Assembly: GCA_964016885.1 (NCBI GenBank)
Contig: OZ024742.1
Location: forward strand, 367,226,001 to 367,290,000
Length of the DNA: 64,000 nt
Direction of reading: 5' to 3'
Origin: Eledone cirrhosa
Lineage: Eukaryota
The position numbers and the translations under genes were made by a program. Each line of letters opens with the position of its first letter. Position 1 is the first letter of the stretch. Positions 29,401 through 47,000 of this stretch are shown piece by piece. The notes under the pieces were generated by a model. It did no database searches. It saw nothing but the letters and a program-made list of their open reading frames with translations, and had not been told where the DNA came from.

Positions 29401-32269
29401 TATAGTATACATGTACCTGAGCACATTTACAAAGAATATTACAGTATACATTTACCTGAGCTCATTTACTAGGAATATTACAGTATACGTGTATCTGGGC
29501 ACATTTACAAAGAATATTATATTATACATATACCTGAGCACATTTACAAAGAATATTACAGTATACATATACCTGAGAACATTTACAAAGAATATTACAG
29601 TATACATTTACTTGGGCACATTTACAAAGAATATTACAGTATACATGTACTTGGGCACATCTACAAAGTATATTACATTATACATGTACCTGAGCACATT
29701 TGCAAAGAATATTATAGTATACATGTACCTCAGCACATTTACAAGGAATATTATAGTATACATGTACTTGGGCACATTTACAAAGAATATTACAGTATAC
29801 ATGTACTTGGGCACATTTACAAAGAATATTACAGTATACATGTACTTGGGCATATTTACAAAGAATATTATAGTATACATGTACCTGAGCACATTTACAA
29901 AGAATATTACAGTATACATGTACCTGAGCACATTTAGAAAGAATATTGCAGTATACATGTATATGAGCACATTTACAAAGAATATTATATTATACATGTA
30001 CTTCGGCACATTTACAAAGAATAATTCAGTATACATGTACTTGGGCACATTTACAAAGAATATTACAGTATACATGTACCTGAGCTCATTTACAAAGAAT
30101 ATTATAGTATACATGTACCTGAGCACATTTACAAAGAATATTACAGTATACATGTATCTGAGCTCATTTACAAAGAATATTATAGTATACATGTACCTGA
30201 GCACATTTACAAAGAATATTACAGTATACATTTTCCTGAGCTCATTTACTAGGAATATGACAGTATACGTGTATCTGGGCACATTTACAAAGAATATTAT
30301 ATTATACATATACCTGAGCACATTTACAAAGAATATTACAGTATACATGTACTTGGGCACATTTACAAAGAATATAACAGTATACATGTACCTGAGCTCA
30401 TTTACAAAACTATTACAGTATATATGTACTTAGGCACATTTACAAAGAATATTACAGTATACATGTACTTGGGCACATCTACAAAGAATATTACATTATA
30501 CATGTACCTGAGCACATTTACAAAGACTATTACAGTATACATGTACCTGAGCACGTTTAAAAAGAATATTACAGTATACATGTACCTGAGCACATTTACA
30601 AAGAATATTACAGAATACATGTACTTGGGCACATTTACGAAGAATATTACAATTTACATGTACTTGGGCACATTTACAAAGAATATTACAGTATACATGC
30701 ACCTGAGCACATTTACAAAGAATATTACAGTATACATGTACCTGAGCACATTTACAAAGAATATTATAGTATACATGTACCTGAGCACATCTACAAATAA
30801 TATTACTGTATACATGTATCTGAGCACATTTACAAAGAATATTACAGTATACATGTACCTGAGCACATTTACAAAGAATATTACAGTATACATTTACCTG
30901 AGCTCATTTACAAAGAATATTACAGTATACATGTACCTGAGCACATTTACAAAGAATATTACAGTATACATGTACCTGAGCACATTTACAAAGAATATTA
31001 CAGTATACATGTACCTGAGCACATTTACAAAGAATATTATAGTATACATGTACCTGAGCACATTTACAAAGAGTATTACAGTATACGTATACCTGAGCAC
31101 ATTTACAAAGAAAATTACAGTATACATATACCTGAGCACATTTACAAAGAATATTACAGTATACATGTACCTGAGCACATTTACAAAGAATATTATAGTA
31201 CACATGTACCTGAGCACATCTACAAATAATGTTACAGTATACATGTATCTGAGCACATTTACAAAGAATATTACAGTATACATGTACCTCAGCACATTTA
31301 CAAAGAATATTATAGTATACATGTACTTGGGCACATTTACAAAGAATATTACAGTATACATGTACTTGGGCACATCTACAAAGTATATTACATTATACAT
31401 GTACCTGAGCACATTTACAAAGAATATTACAGTATACATGTACCTGAGCACATTTACAAAGAATATTACAGTATACATGTACCTGAGCACATTTACAAAG
31501 AATATTACAATATACATGTACCTGAGCACATTTGCAAAGAATATTATAGTATACATGTACCTGAGCACATTTACAAAGAATATTATCGTATACATGTACC
31601 TGAGCACATTTACAAAGAATATTACAGTATACATGTACCTCAGCACATTTACAAGGAATATTATAGTATACATGTACTTGGGCACATTTACAAAGAATAT
31701 TACAGTATACATGTACTTCGGCACATTTACAAAGAATATTACAGTATACATGTACTTGGGCACATTTACAAAGAATATTATAGTATACATGTACCTGAGC
31801 ACATTTACAAAGAATATTACAGTATACATGTACCTGAGCACATTTAGAAAGAATATTGCAGTATACATGTATCTGAGCACATTTACAAAGAATATTATAT
31901 TATACATGTACTTCGGCACATTTACAAAGAATAATTCAGTATACATGTACTTGGGCACATTTACAAAGAATATTACAGTATACATGTACCTGAGCTCATT
32001 TACAAAGAATATTATAGTATACATGTACCTGAGCACATTTACAAAGAATATTACAGTATACATGTATCTGAGCTCATTTACAAAGAGTAGTATAGTATAC
32101 ATGTACCTGAGCACATTTACAAAGAATATTACAGTATACATTTTCCTGAGCTCATTTACTAGGAATATGACAGTATACGTGTATCTGGGCACATTTACAA
32201 AGAATATTATATTATACATATACCTGAGCACATTTACAAAGAATATTACAGTATACATGTACTTAGGCA

Positions 32270-35200
32270 CATTTACAAAGAATATTACAGTATACATGTA
32301 CTTGGGCACATCTACAAAGAATATTACATTATACATGTACCTGAGCACATTTACAAAGAATATTACAGTATACATGTACCTGAGCACGTTTTAAAAGAAT
32401 ATTACAGTATACATGTACCTGAGCACATTTACAAAGAATATTACAGAATACGTGTACTTGGGCACATTTACGAAGAATATTACATTTTACATGTACTTGG
32501 GCACATTTACAAAGAATATTACAGTATACATGCACCTGAGCACATTTACAAAGAATATTACAGTATACATGTACCTGAGCACATTTACAAAGAATATTAT
32601 AGTATACATGTACCTGAGCACATCTACAAATAATATTACTGTATACATGTATCTGAGCACATTTACAAAGAATATTACAGTATACATTTACCTGAGCTCA
32701 TTTACAAAGTATATTACAGTATACATGTACCTGAGCACATTTACAAAGAATATTACAGTATACATGTACCTGAGCACATTTACAAAGAATATTACAGTAT
32801 ACATTTACCTGAGCACATTTACAGAGAATATTACAGTATACATGTACCTGAGCACATTTACAAAGAATATTACAGTATACATGTACCTGAGCACATTTAC
32901 AAAGAATATTACAGTATACATGTACCTGAGCACATTTACAAAGAATATTATAGTATACATGTACCTGAGCACATCTACAAATAATGTTACAGTATACATG
33001 TATCTGGGCACATTTACAAAGAATATTACAGTATACATTTACCTGAGCACATTTACAGAGAATATTACTGTATACATGTACCTGAGCACATTACAAAGAA
33101 TATTACAGTATACATGTACCTGAGCACATTTACAAAGAATATTACAGTATACATGTACCTGAGCACATTTACAAAGAATATTATAGTATACATGTACCTG
33201 AGCACATCTACAAATAATTTTACAGTATACATGTATCTGAGCACATTTACAAAGAATATTACAGTATACATGTACCTGAGCACATTACAAAGAATATTAC
33301 AGTATACATGTACCTGAGCACATTTACAAAGAATATTACAGTATACATGTACCTGAGCACATTTACAAAGAATATTATAGTATACATGTACCTGAGCACA
33401 TTTACAAAGAGTATTACAGTATACGTATACCTGAGCACATTTACAAAGAATATTACAGTATACATATACCTGAGCACATTTACAAAGAATATTACAGTAT
33501 ACATGTACCTGAGCACATTTACAAAGAATATTATAGTACACATGTACCTGAGCACATCTACAAATAATGTTACAGTATACATGTATCTGAGCACATTTAC
33601 AAAGAATATTACAGTATACATGTACCACAGCACATTTACAAAGAATATTATAGTATACATGTACTTGGGCACATTTACAAAGAATATTACAGTATACATG
33701 TACTTCGGCACATTTACAAAGAATATTACAGTATACATGTACTTGGGCACATTTACAAAGAATATTATAGTATACATGTACCTGAGCACATTTACAAAGA
33801 ATATTACAGTATACATGTACCTGAGCACATTTAGAAAGAATATTGCAGTATACATGTATCTGAGCACATTTACAAAGAATATTATATTATACATGTACTT
33901 CGGCACATTTACAAAGAATATTACAGTATACATGTACCTGAGCACATTTACAAAGAATATTACAGTATACATGTATCTGAGCTCATTTACAAAGAGTAGT
34001 ATAGTATACATGTACCTGAGCACATTTACAAAGAATATTACAGTATACATTTTCCTGAGCTCATTTACTAGGAATATGACAGTATACGTGTATCTGGGCA
34101 CATTTACAAAGAATATTATATTATACATATACCTGAGCACATTTACAAAGAATATTACAGTATACATGTACTTGGGCACATTTACAAAGAATATAACAGT
34201 ATACATGTACCTGAGCTCATTTACAAAAATATTACAGTATACATGTACTTAGGCACATTTACAAAGAATATTACAGTATACATGTACTTGGGCACATCTA
34301 CAAAGAATATTACATTATACATGTACATGAGCACATTTACAAAGAATATTACAGTATACATGTACCTGAGCACATTTACAAAGAATATTATAGTATACAT
34401 GTACCTGAGCACATCTACAAATAATATTACTGTATACATGTATCTGAGCACATTTACAAAGAATATTACAGTATACATGTACCTGAGCACATTTACAAAG
34501 AATATTACAGTATACATTTACCTGAGCTCATTTACAAAGAATATTACAGTATACATGTACCTGAGCACATTTACAAAGAATATTACAGTATACATGTACC
34601 TGAGCACATTTACAAAGAATATTACAGTATACATGTACCTGAGCACATTTACAAAGAATATTATAGTATACATGTACCTGAGCACATTTACAAAGAGTAT
34701 TACAGTATACGTATACCTGAGCACATTTACAAAGAATATTACAGTATACATATACTTGAGCACATTTACAAAGAATATTACAGTATACATGTACCTGAGC
34801 ACATTTACAAAGAATATTATAGTACACATGTACCTGAGCACATCTACAAATAATGGTACAGTATACATGTATCTGAGCACATTTACAAAGAATATTACAG
34901 TATACATGTACCTCAGCACATTTACAAAGAATATTATAGTATACATGTACTTGGGCACATTTACAAAGAATATTACAGTCTACATGTACTTCGGCACATT
35001 TACAAAGAATATTACAGTATACATGTACTTGGGCACATTTACAAAGAATATTATAGTATACATGTACCTGAGCACATTTACAAAGAATATTACAGTATAC
35101 ATGTACCTGAGCACATTTAGAAAGAATATTGCAGTATACATGTATCTGAGCACATTTACAAAGAATATTATATTATACATGTACTTCGGCACATTTACAA

Positions 35201-37550
35201 AGAATAATTCAGTATACATGTACTTGGGCACATTTACAAAGAATATTACAGTATACATGTACCTGAGCTCCTTTACAAAGAATATTATAGTATACATGTA
35301 CCTGAGCACATTTACAAAGAATATTACAGTATACATGTATCTGAGCTCATTTACAAAGAGTAGTATAGTATACATGTACCTGAGCACATTTACAAAGAAT
35401 ATTACAGTATACATTTTCCTGAGCTCATTTACTAGGAATATGACAGTATACGTGTATCTGGGCACATTTACAAAGAATATTATATTATACATATACCTGA
35501 GCACATTTACAAAGAATATTACAGTATACATGTACTTGGGCACATTTACAAAGAATATAACAGTATACATGTACCTGAGCTCATTTACAAAAATATTACA
35601 GTATACATGTACTTAGGCACATTTACAAAGAATATTACAGTATACATGTACTTGGGCACATCTACAAAGAATATTACATTATACATGTACCTGAGCACAT
35701 TTACAAAGAATATTACAGTATACATGTACCTGAGCACGTTTTAAAAGAATATTACAGTATACATGTACCTGAGCACATTTACAAAGAATATTACAGAATA
35801 CATGTACTTGGGCACATTTACGAAGAATATTACATTTTACATGTACTTGGGCACATTTACAAAGAATATTACAGTATACATGCACCTGAGCACATTTACA
35901 AAGAATATTACAGTATACATGTACCTGAGCACATTTACAAAGAATATTATAGTATACATGTACCTGAGCACATCTACAAATAATATTACTGTATACATGT
36001 ATCTGAGCACATTTACAAAGAATATTACAGTATACATGTACCTGAGCACATTTACAAAGAATATTACAGTATACATTTACCTGAGCTCATTTACAAAGTA
36101 TATTACAGTATACATGTACCTGAGCACATTTACAAAGAATATTACAGTATACATGTACCTGAGCACATTTACAAAGAATATTACAGTATACATTTACCTG
36201 AGCACATTTACAGAGAATATTACAGTATACATGTACCTGAGCACATTTACAAAGAATATTACAGTATACATGTACCTGAGCACATTTACAAAGAATATTA
36301 CAGTATACATGTACCTGAGCACATTTACAAAGAATATTATAGTATACATGTACCTGAGCACATCTACAAATAATGTTACAGTATACATGTATCTGAGCAC
36401 ATTTACAAAGAATATTACAGTATACATTTACCTGAGCACATTTACAGAGAATATTACAGTATACATGTACCTGAGCACATTACAAAGAATATTACAGTAT
36501 ACATGTACCTGAGCACATTTACAAAGAATATTACAGTATACATGTACCTGAGCACATTTACAAAGAATATTATAGTATACATGTACCTGAGCACATTTAC
36601 AAAGAGTATTACAGTATACGTATACCTGAGCACATTTACAAAGAATATTACAGTATACATATACCTGAGCACATTTACAAAGAATATTACAGTATACATG
36701 TACCTGAGCACATTTACAAAGAATATTATAGTACACATGTACCTGAGCACATCTACAAATAATGTTACAGTATACATGTATCTGAGCACATTTACAAAGA
36801 ATATTACAGTATACATGTACCACAGCACATTTACAAAGAATATTATAGTATACATGTACTTGGGCACATTTACAAAGAATATTACAGTATACATGTACTT
36901 CGGCACATTTACAAAGAATATTACAGTATACATGTACTTGGGCACATTTACAAAGAATATTATAGTATACATGTACCTGAGCACATTTACAAAGAATATT
37001 ACAGTATACATGTACCTGAGCACATTTAGAAAGAATATTGCAGTATACATGTATCTGAGCACATTTACAAAGAATATTATATTATACATGTACTTCGGCA
37101 CATTTACAAAGAATATTACAGTATACATGTACCTGAGCACATTTACAAAGAATATTACAGTATACATGTATCTGAGCTCATTTACAAAGAGTAGTATAGT
37201 AGACATGTACCTGAGCACATTTACAAAGAATATTACAGTATACATTTTCCTGAGCTCATTTACTAGGAATATGACAGTATACGTGTATCTGGGCACATTT
37301 ACAAAGAATATTATATTATACATATACCTGAGCACATTTACAAAAAATATTACAGTATACATGTACTTGGGCACATTTACAAAGAATATAACAGTATACA
37401 TGTACCTGAGCTCATTTACAAAAATATTACAGTATACATGTACTTAGGCACATTTACAAAGAATATTACAGTATACATGTACTTGGGCACATCTACAAAG
37501 AATATTACATTATACATGTACATGAGCACATTTACAAAGAATATTACAGT
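32270..37550 (+). repeat. ~3.2-3.4-kb-offset block duplication (~32.3-34.35 kb repeated at ~35.6-37.55 kb)
   Basis: ORF pairs 33259/36454, 33308/36503 and 34243/37438 (offset 3195), and 32413/35763 (3350). Variants gtaccacagc (~33622/36817) and gtacatgagc (~34323/37518) recur at +3195. Confidence 0.8.
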
Positions 37551-40500
37551 ATACATGTACCTGAGCACGTTTAAAAAGAATATTACAGTATACATGTACC
37601 TGAGCACATTTACAAAGAATATTACAGAAAACATGTACTTGGGCACATTTACGAAGAATATTACATTTTACATGTACTTGGGCACATTTACAAAGAATAT
37701 TACAGTATACATGCACCTGAGCACATTTACAAAGAATATTACAGTATACATGTACCTGAGCACATTTACAAAGAATATTATAGTATACATGTACCTGAGC
37801 ACATCTACAAATAATATTACTGTATACATGTATCTGAGCACATTTACAAAGAATATTACAGTATACATGTACCTGAGCACATTTACAAAGAATATTACAG
37901 TATACATTTACCTGAGCTCATTTACAAAGAATATTACAGTATACATGTACCTGAGCACATTTACAAAGAATATTACAGTATACATGTACCTGAGCACATT
38001 TACAAAGAATATTACAGTATACATTTACCTGAGCACATTTACAGAGAATATTACAGTATACATGTACCTGAGCACATTTACAAAGAATATTACAGTATAC
38101 ATGTACCTGAGCACATTTACAAAGAATATTACAGTATACATGTACCTGAGCACATTTACAAAGAATATTATAGTATAAATGTACCTGAGCACATCTACAA
38201 ATAATGTTACAGTATACATGTATCTGAGCACATTTACAAAGAATATTACAGTATACATTTACCTGAGCACATTTACAGAGAATATTACAGTATACATGTA
38301 CCTGAGCACATTTACAAAGAATATTACAGTATACATGTACCTGAGCACATTTACAAAGAATGTTACAGTATACATTTACCTGAGCACATTTACAAAGAAT
38401 ATTACAGTATACATGTACCTGAGCACATTTACAAAGAATATTACAGTATACATGTACTTGGGCACATTTACAAACAATATAACAGTATACATGTACCTGA
38501 GCTCATTTACAAAAATATTACAGTATACATGTACTTGGGCACATTTACAAAGAATATTACAGTATACATGTACCTGAGCACATTTACAAAGAATATTACA
38601 GTATACATGTACCTGAGCACATTTACAAAGAATATTACAGTATACATGTACCTGAGCACATTTACAAAGAATATTACAGTATACATGTACCTGAGCACAT
38701 TTACAAAGAATGTTACAGTATACATTTACCTGAGCACATTTACAAAGCATATTACAGTATACATGTACCTGAGCACATTTACAAAGAATATTACAGTATA
38801 CATCTACTTGGGCACATTTACAAAGAATATAACAGTATACATGTACCTGAGCTCATTTACAAAAATATTACAGTATACATGTACTTGGGCACATCTGCAA
38901 AGGATATTACATTATACATGTACCTGAGCACATTTACAAAGAATATTACAGTATACATGTACCTGAGCACATTTAAAAAGAATATTACAGTATACATGTA
39001 CCTGAGCACATTTACAAAGAATATTACAGTATACATGTACCTCAGCACATTTACAAAGAATATTATAGTATACATGTACTTGGGCACATTTACAAAGAAT
39101 ATTACAGTATACATGTACTTGGGCACATTTACAAAGAATATTACAGTATACATGTACTTGGGCACATTTACAAAGAATATTATAGTATACATGTACCTGT
39201 GCACATTTACAAAGAATATTACAGTATACATGTACCTGAGCACATTTAGAAAGAATATTGCAGTATACATGTATCTGAGCACATTTACAAAGAATATTAT
39301 ATTATACATGTACTTCGGCACATTTACAAAGAATAATTCAGTATACATGTACTTGGGCACATTTACAAAGAATTTTACAGTATACATGTACCTGAGCTCA
39401 TTTACAAAGAATATTATAGTATACATGTACCTGAGCACATTTACAAAGAATATTACAGTATACATGTATCTGAGCACATTTACAAAGAATATTACAGTAT
39501 ACATGTACCTGAGCACATTTACAAAGAATATTACAGTATACATGTACCTGAGCACATTTACAAAGAATATTATAGTATACATGTACCTGAGCACATCTAC
39601 AAATAATTTTACAGTATAAATGTATCTGAGCACATTTACAAAGAATATTACAGTATACATTTACCTGAGCACATTTACAGAGAATATTACAGTATACATG
39701 TACCTGAGCACATTACAAAGAATATTACAGTATACATGTACTTGAGCACATTTACAAAGAATATTATAGTACACATGTACCTGAGCACATCTACAAATAA
39801 TGTTACAGTATACATGTATCTGAGCACATTTACAAAGAATATTACAGTATACATGTACCTCAGCACATTTACAAAGAATATTATAGTATACATGTACCTG
39901 AGCACATCTACAAATAATTTTACAGTATAAATGTATCTGAGCACATTTACAAAGAATATTACAGTATACGTATACCTGAGCACATTTACAAAATATTACA
40001 GTATACATATACCTGAGCACATTTACAAAGAATATTACAGTATACATGTACCTGAGCACATTTACAAAGAATATTATAGTACACATGTACCTGAGCACAT
40101 CTACAAATAATGTTACAGTATACATGTATCTGAGCACATTTACAAAGAATATTACAGTATACATGTACCTCAGCACATTTACAAAGAATATTATAGTATA
40201 GATGTACTTGGGCACATTTACAAAGAATATTACAGTATACGTGTACTTCGGCACATTTACAAAGAATATTACAGTATACATGTACTTGGGCACATTTACA
40301 AAGAATATTATAGTATACATGTACCTGAGCACATTTACAAAGAATATTACAGTATACATGTACCTGAGTACATTTAGAAAGAATATTGCAGTATACATGT
40401 ATCTGAGCACATTTACAAAGAATATTATATTATACATGTACTTCGGCACATTTACAGAGAATAATTCAGTATACATGTACTTGGGCACATTTACAAAGAA

Positions 40501-41309
40501 TATTACAGTATACATGTACCTGAGCTCATTTACAAAGAATATTACAGTATACATGTATCTGAGCTCATTTACAAAGAGTATTATAGTATACATGTACCTG
40601 AGCACATTTACAAAGAATATTACAGTATACATTTTCCTGAGCTCATTTACTAGGAATATGACAGTATACGTGTATCTGGGCACATTTACAAAGAATATTA
40701 TATTATACATATACCTGAGCACATTTACAAAGAATATTACAGTATACATGTACTTGGGCACATTTACAAAGAATATTACAGTATACATGTACCTGAGCTC
40801 ATTTACAAAAATATTACAGTATACATGTACTTAGGCACATTTACAAAGAATATTACAGTATACATGTACTTGGGCACATCTACAAAGAATATTACATTAT
40901 ACATGTGCCTGAGCACATTTACAAAGAATATTACAGTATACATGTACCTGAGCACGTTTAAAAAGAATATTACAGTATACATGTACCTGAGCACATTTAC
41001 AAAGAATATTACAGTATACATGTACTTGGGCACATTTACAAAGAATATAACAGTATACATGTACCTGAGCTCATTTACAAAAATATTACAGTATACATGT
41101 ACTTAGGCACATTTACAAAGAATATTACAGTATACATGTACTTGGGCACATCTACAAAGAATATTACATTATACATGTACCTGAGCACATTTACAAAGAA
41201 TATTACAGTATACATGTACCTGAGCACATTTACAAAGAATATTACATATACATGTACCTGAGCACATTTACAAAGAATATTATAGTATACATGTACCTGA
41301 GCACATCTA

Positions 41310-43200
41310 CAAATAATATTACTGTATACATGTATCTGAGCACATTTACAAAGAATATTACAGTATACATGTACCTGAGCACATTTACAAAGAATATTAC
41401 AGTATACATTTACCTGAGCTCATTTACAAAGAATATTACAGTATACATGTACCTGAGCACATTTACAAAGAATATTACAGTATACATGTACCTGAGCACA
41501 TTTACAAAGAATATTACAGTATACATTTACCTGAGCACATTTACAGAGTATATTACAGTATACATGTACATGAGCACATTTACAAAGAATATTACAGTAT
41601 ACATGTACCTGAGCACATTTACAAAGAATATTACAGTATACATGTACCTGAGCACATTTACAAAGAATATTATAGTATACATGTACCTGAGCACATCTAC
41701 AAATAATGTTACAGTATACATGTATCTGAGCACATTTACAAAGAATATTACAGTATACATTTACCTGAGCACATTTACAGAGAATATTACAGTATACATG
41801 TACCTGAGCACATTTACAAAGAATATTACAGTATACATTTACCTGAGCTCATCTACAAAGAATATTACAGTATACATGTACCTGAGCACATTTACAAAGA
41901 ATATTACAGTATACATTTACCTGAGCACATTTACAAAGAATATTACAGTATACATTTTTCTGAGCACATTTACAGAGAATATTACAGTATACATGTACCT
42001 GAGCACATTTACAAAGAATATTACAGTATACATGTACCTGAGCACATTTACAAAGAATGTTACAGTATACATTTACCTGAGCACATTTACAAAGAATATT
42101 ACAGTATACATGTACCTGAGCACATTTACAAAGAATATTACAGTATACATGTACTTGGGCACATTTACAAACAATATAACAGTATACATGTACCTGAGCT
42201 CATTTACAAAAATATTACAGTATACATGTACTTGGGCACATTTACAAAGAATATTACAGTATACATGTACCTGAGCACATTTACAAAGAATATTACAGTA
42301 TACATGTACCTGAGCACATTTACAAATAATATTACTGTATACATGTATCTGAGCACATTTACAAAGAATATTACAGTATACATGTACCTGAGCACATTTA
42401 CAAAGAATATTACAGTATACATGTACCTGAGCACATTTACAAAGAATATTACAGTATGCATTTACCTGAGCACATTTACAGAGTATATTACAGTATACAT
42501 GTACCTGAGCACATTTACAAAGAATATTACAGTATACATGTACCTGAGCACATTTACAAAGAATATTATAGTATACATGTACCTGAGCACATCTACAAAT
42601 AATGTTACAGTATACATGTATCTGAGCACATTTACAAAGAATATTACAGTATACATTTACCTGAGCACATTTACAGAGAATATTACAGTATACATGTACC
42701 TGAGCACATTTACAAAGAATATTACAGTATACATTTACCTGAGCTCATCTACAAAGAATATTACAGTATACATGTACCTGAGCACATTTACAAAGAATAT
42801 TACAGTATACATTTACCTGAGCACATTTACAAAGAATATTACAGTATACATTTATCTGAGCACATTTACAGAGAATATTACAGTATACATGTACCTGAGC
42901 ACATTTACAATGAATATTACAGTATACATGTACCTGAGCACATTTACAAAGAATGTTACAGTATACATTTACCTGAGCACATTTACAAAGAATATTACAG
43001 TATACATGTACCTTAGCACATTTACAAAGAATATTACAGTATACATGTACTTGGGCACATTTACAAACAATATAACAGTATACATGTACCTGAGCTCATT
43101 TACAAAAATATTACAGTATACATGTACTTGGGCACATTTACAAAGAATATTACAGTATACATGTACCTGAGCACATTTACAAAGAATATTACAGTATACA
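41310..43200 (+). repeat. Tandem duplication of ~0.9 kb (23-24 monomers; offset 896-935)
   Basis: ORF starts 42226/43122 and ends 42274/43170 are offset by 896. Markers gagctcatctac (~41845/42741) and acagagtatatt (~41543/42478). Confidence 0.8.
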
Positions 43201-44099
43201 TGTACCTGAGCACATTTACAAAGAATATTACAGTATACATGTACCTGAGCACATTTACAAAGAATATTACAGTATACATGTACCTGAGCACATTTACAAA
43301 GAATGTTACAGTATACATTTACCTGAGCACATTTACAAAGCATATTACAGTATACATGTACCTGAGCACATTTACAAAGAATATTACAGTATACATGTAC
43401 TTGGGCACATTTACAAAGAATATAACAGTATACATGTACCTGAGCTCATTTACAAAAATATTACAGTATACATGTACTTGGGCACATCTGCAAAGAATAT
43501 TACATTATACATGTACCTGAGCACATTTACAAAGAGTATTACAGTATACGTATACCTGAGCACATTTACAAAGAATATTACAGTATACATATACCTGAGC
43601 ACATTTACAAAGAATATTACAGTATACATGTACCTGAGCACATTTACAAAGAATATTATAGTACACATGTACCTGAGCACATCTACAAATAATGTTACAG
43701 TATACATGTATCTGAGCACATTTACAAAGAATATTACAGTATACATGTACCTCAGCACATTTACAAAGAATATTATAGTATACATGTACTTGGGCACATT
43801 TACAAAGAATATTACAGTATACATGTACTTGGGCACATCTACAAAGTATATTACATTATACATGTACCTGAGCACATTTACAAAGAATATTACAGTATAC
43901 ATGTACCTGAGCACATTTACAAAGAATATTACAGTATACATGTACCTGAGCACATTTACAAAGAATATTACAATATACATGTACCTGAGCACATTTGCAA
44001 AGAATATTATAGTATACATGTACCTGAGCACATTTACAAAGATATATTATCGTATACATGTACCTGAGCACATTTACAAAGAATATTACAGTATACATG

Positions 44100-47000
44100 T
44101 ACCTCAGCACATTTACAAGGAATATTATAGTATACATGTACTTGGGCACATTTACAAAGAATATTACAGTATACATGTACTTGGGCACATTTACAAAGAA
44201 TATTACAGTATACATGTACTTGGGCATATTTACAAAGAATATTATAGTATACATGTACCTGAGCACATTTACAAAGAATATTACAGTATACATGTACCTG
44301 AGCACATTTAGAAAGAATATTGCAGTATACATGTATCTGAGCACATTTACAAAGAATATTATATTATACATGTACTTCGGCACATTTACAAAGAATAATT
44401 CAGTATACATGTACTTGGGCACATTTACAAAGAATATTACAGTATACATGTACCTGAGCTCATTTACAAAGAATATTATAGTATACATGTACCTGAGCAC
44501 ATTTACAAAGAATATTACAGTATACATGTATCTGAGCTCATTTACAAAGAATATTATAGTATACATGTACCTGAGCACATTTACAAAGAATATTACAGTA
44601 TACATTTTCCTGAGCTCATTTACTAGGAATATGACAGTATACGTGTATCTGGGCACATTTACAAAGAATATTATATTATACATATACCTGAGCACATTTA
44701 CAAAGAATATTACAGTATACATGTACTTGGGCACATTTACAAAGAATATAACAGTATACATGTACCTGAGCTCATTTACAAAAATATTACAGTATACATG
44801 TACTTAGGCACATTTACAAAGAATATTACAGTATACATGTACTTGGGCACATCTACAAAGAATATTACATTATACATGTACCTGAGCACATTTACAAAGA
44901 CTATTACAGTATACATGTACCTGAACACGTTTAAAAAGAATATTACAGTATACATGTACCTGAGCACATTTACAAAGAATATTACAGAATACATGTACTT
45001 GGGCACATTTACGAAGAATATTACAATTTACATGTACTTGGGCACATTTACAAAGAATATTACAGTATACATGCACCTGAGCACATTTACAAAGAATATT
45101 ACAGTATACATGTACCTGAGCACATTTACAAAGAATATTATAGTATACATGTACCTGAGCACATCTACAAATAATATTACTGTATACATGTATCTGAGCA
45201 CATTTACAAAGAATATTACAGTACACATGTACCTGAGCACATTTACAAAGAATATTACAGTATACATTTACCTGAGCTCATGTACAAAGAATATTACAGT
45301 ATACATGTACCTGAGCACATTTACAAAGAATATTACAGTATACATGTACCTGAGCACATTTACAAAGAATATTACAGTATACATGTACCTGAGCACATTT
45401 ACAAAGAATATTATAGTATACATGTACCTGAGCACATTTACAAAGAGTATTACAGTATACGTATACCTGAGCACATTTACAAAGAATATTACAGTATACA
45501 TATACTTGAGCACATTTACAAAGAATATTACAGTATACATGTACCTGAGCACATTTACAAAGAATATTATAGTACACATGTACCTGAGCACATCTACAAA
45601 TAATGTTACAGTATACATGTATCTGAGCACATTTACAAAGAATATTACAGTATACATGTACCTCAGCACATTTACAAAGAATATTATAGTATACATGTAC
45701 TTGGGCACATTTACAAAGAATATTACAGTCTACATGTACTTCGGCACATTTACAAAGAATATTACAGTATACATGTACTTGGGCACATTTACAAAGAATA
45801 TTATAGTATACATGTACCTGAGCACATTTACAAAGAATATTACAGTATACATGTACCTGAGCACATTTAGAAAGAATATTGCAGTATACATGTATCTGAG
45901 CACATTTACAAAGAATATTATATTACACATGTACTTCGGCACATTTACAAAGAATAATTCAGTATACATGTACTTGGGCACATTTACAAAGAATATTACA
46001 GTATACATGTACCTGAGCTCATTTACAAAGAATATTATAGTATACATGTACCTGAGCACATTTACAAAGAATATTACAGTATACATGTATCTGAGCTCAT
46101 TTACAAAGAGTAGTATAGTATACATGTACCTGAGCACATTTACAAAGAATATTAGAGTATACATTTTCCTGAGCTCATTTACTAGGAATATGACAGTATA
46201 CGTGTATCTGGGCACATTTACAAAGAATATTATATTATACATATACCTGAGCACATTTACAAAGAATATTACAGTATACATGTACTTGGGCACATTTACA
46301 AAGAATATAACAGTATACATGTACCTGAGCTCATTTACAAAAATATTACAGTATACATGTACTTAGGCACATTTACAAAGAATATTACAGTATACATGTA
46401 CTTGGGCACATCTACAAAGAATATTACATTATACATGTACCTGAGCACATTTACAAAGAATATTACAGTATACATGTACCTGAGCACGTTTTAAAAGAAT
46501 ATTACAGTATACATGTACCTGAGCACATTTACAAAGAGTATTACAGAATACATGTACTTGGGCACATTTACGAAGAATATTACATTTTACATGTACTTGG
46601 GCACATCTACAAAGAATATTACAGTATACATGTACCTGAGCACATTTACAAAGAATATTACAGTATACATGCAGCTGAGCACATTTACAAAGAATATTAC
46701 AGTATACATGTACCTGAGCACATTTACAAAGAATATTATAGTATACATGTACCTGAGCACATCTACAAATAATATTACTGTATACATGTATCTGAGCACA
46801 TTTACAAAGAATATTACAGTATACATGTACCTGAGCACATTTACAAAGAATATTACAGTATACATTTACCTGAGCTCATTTACAAAGAATATTACAGTAT
46901 ACATGTACCTGAGCACATTTACAAAGAATATTACAGTATACATGTACCTGAGCACATTTACAAAGAATATTACAGTATACATTTACCTGAGCACATTTAC

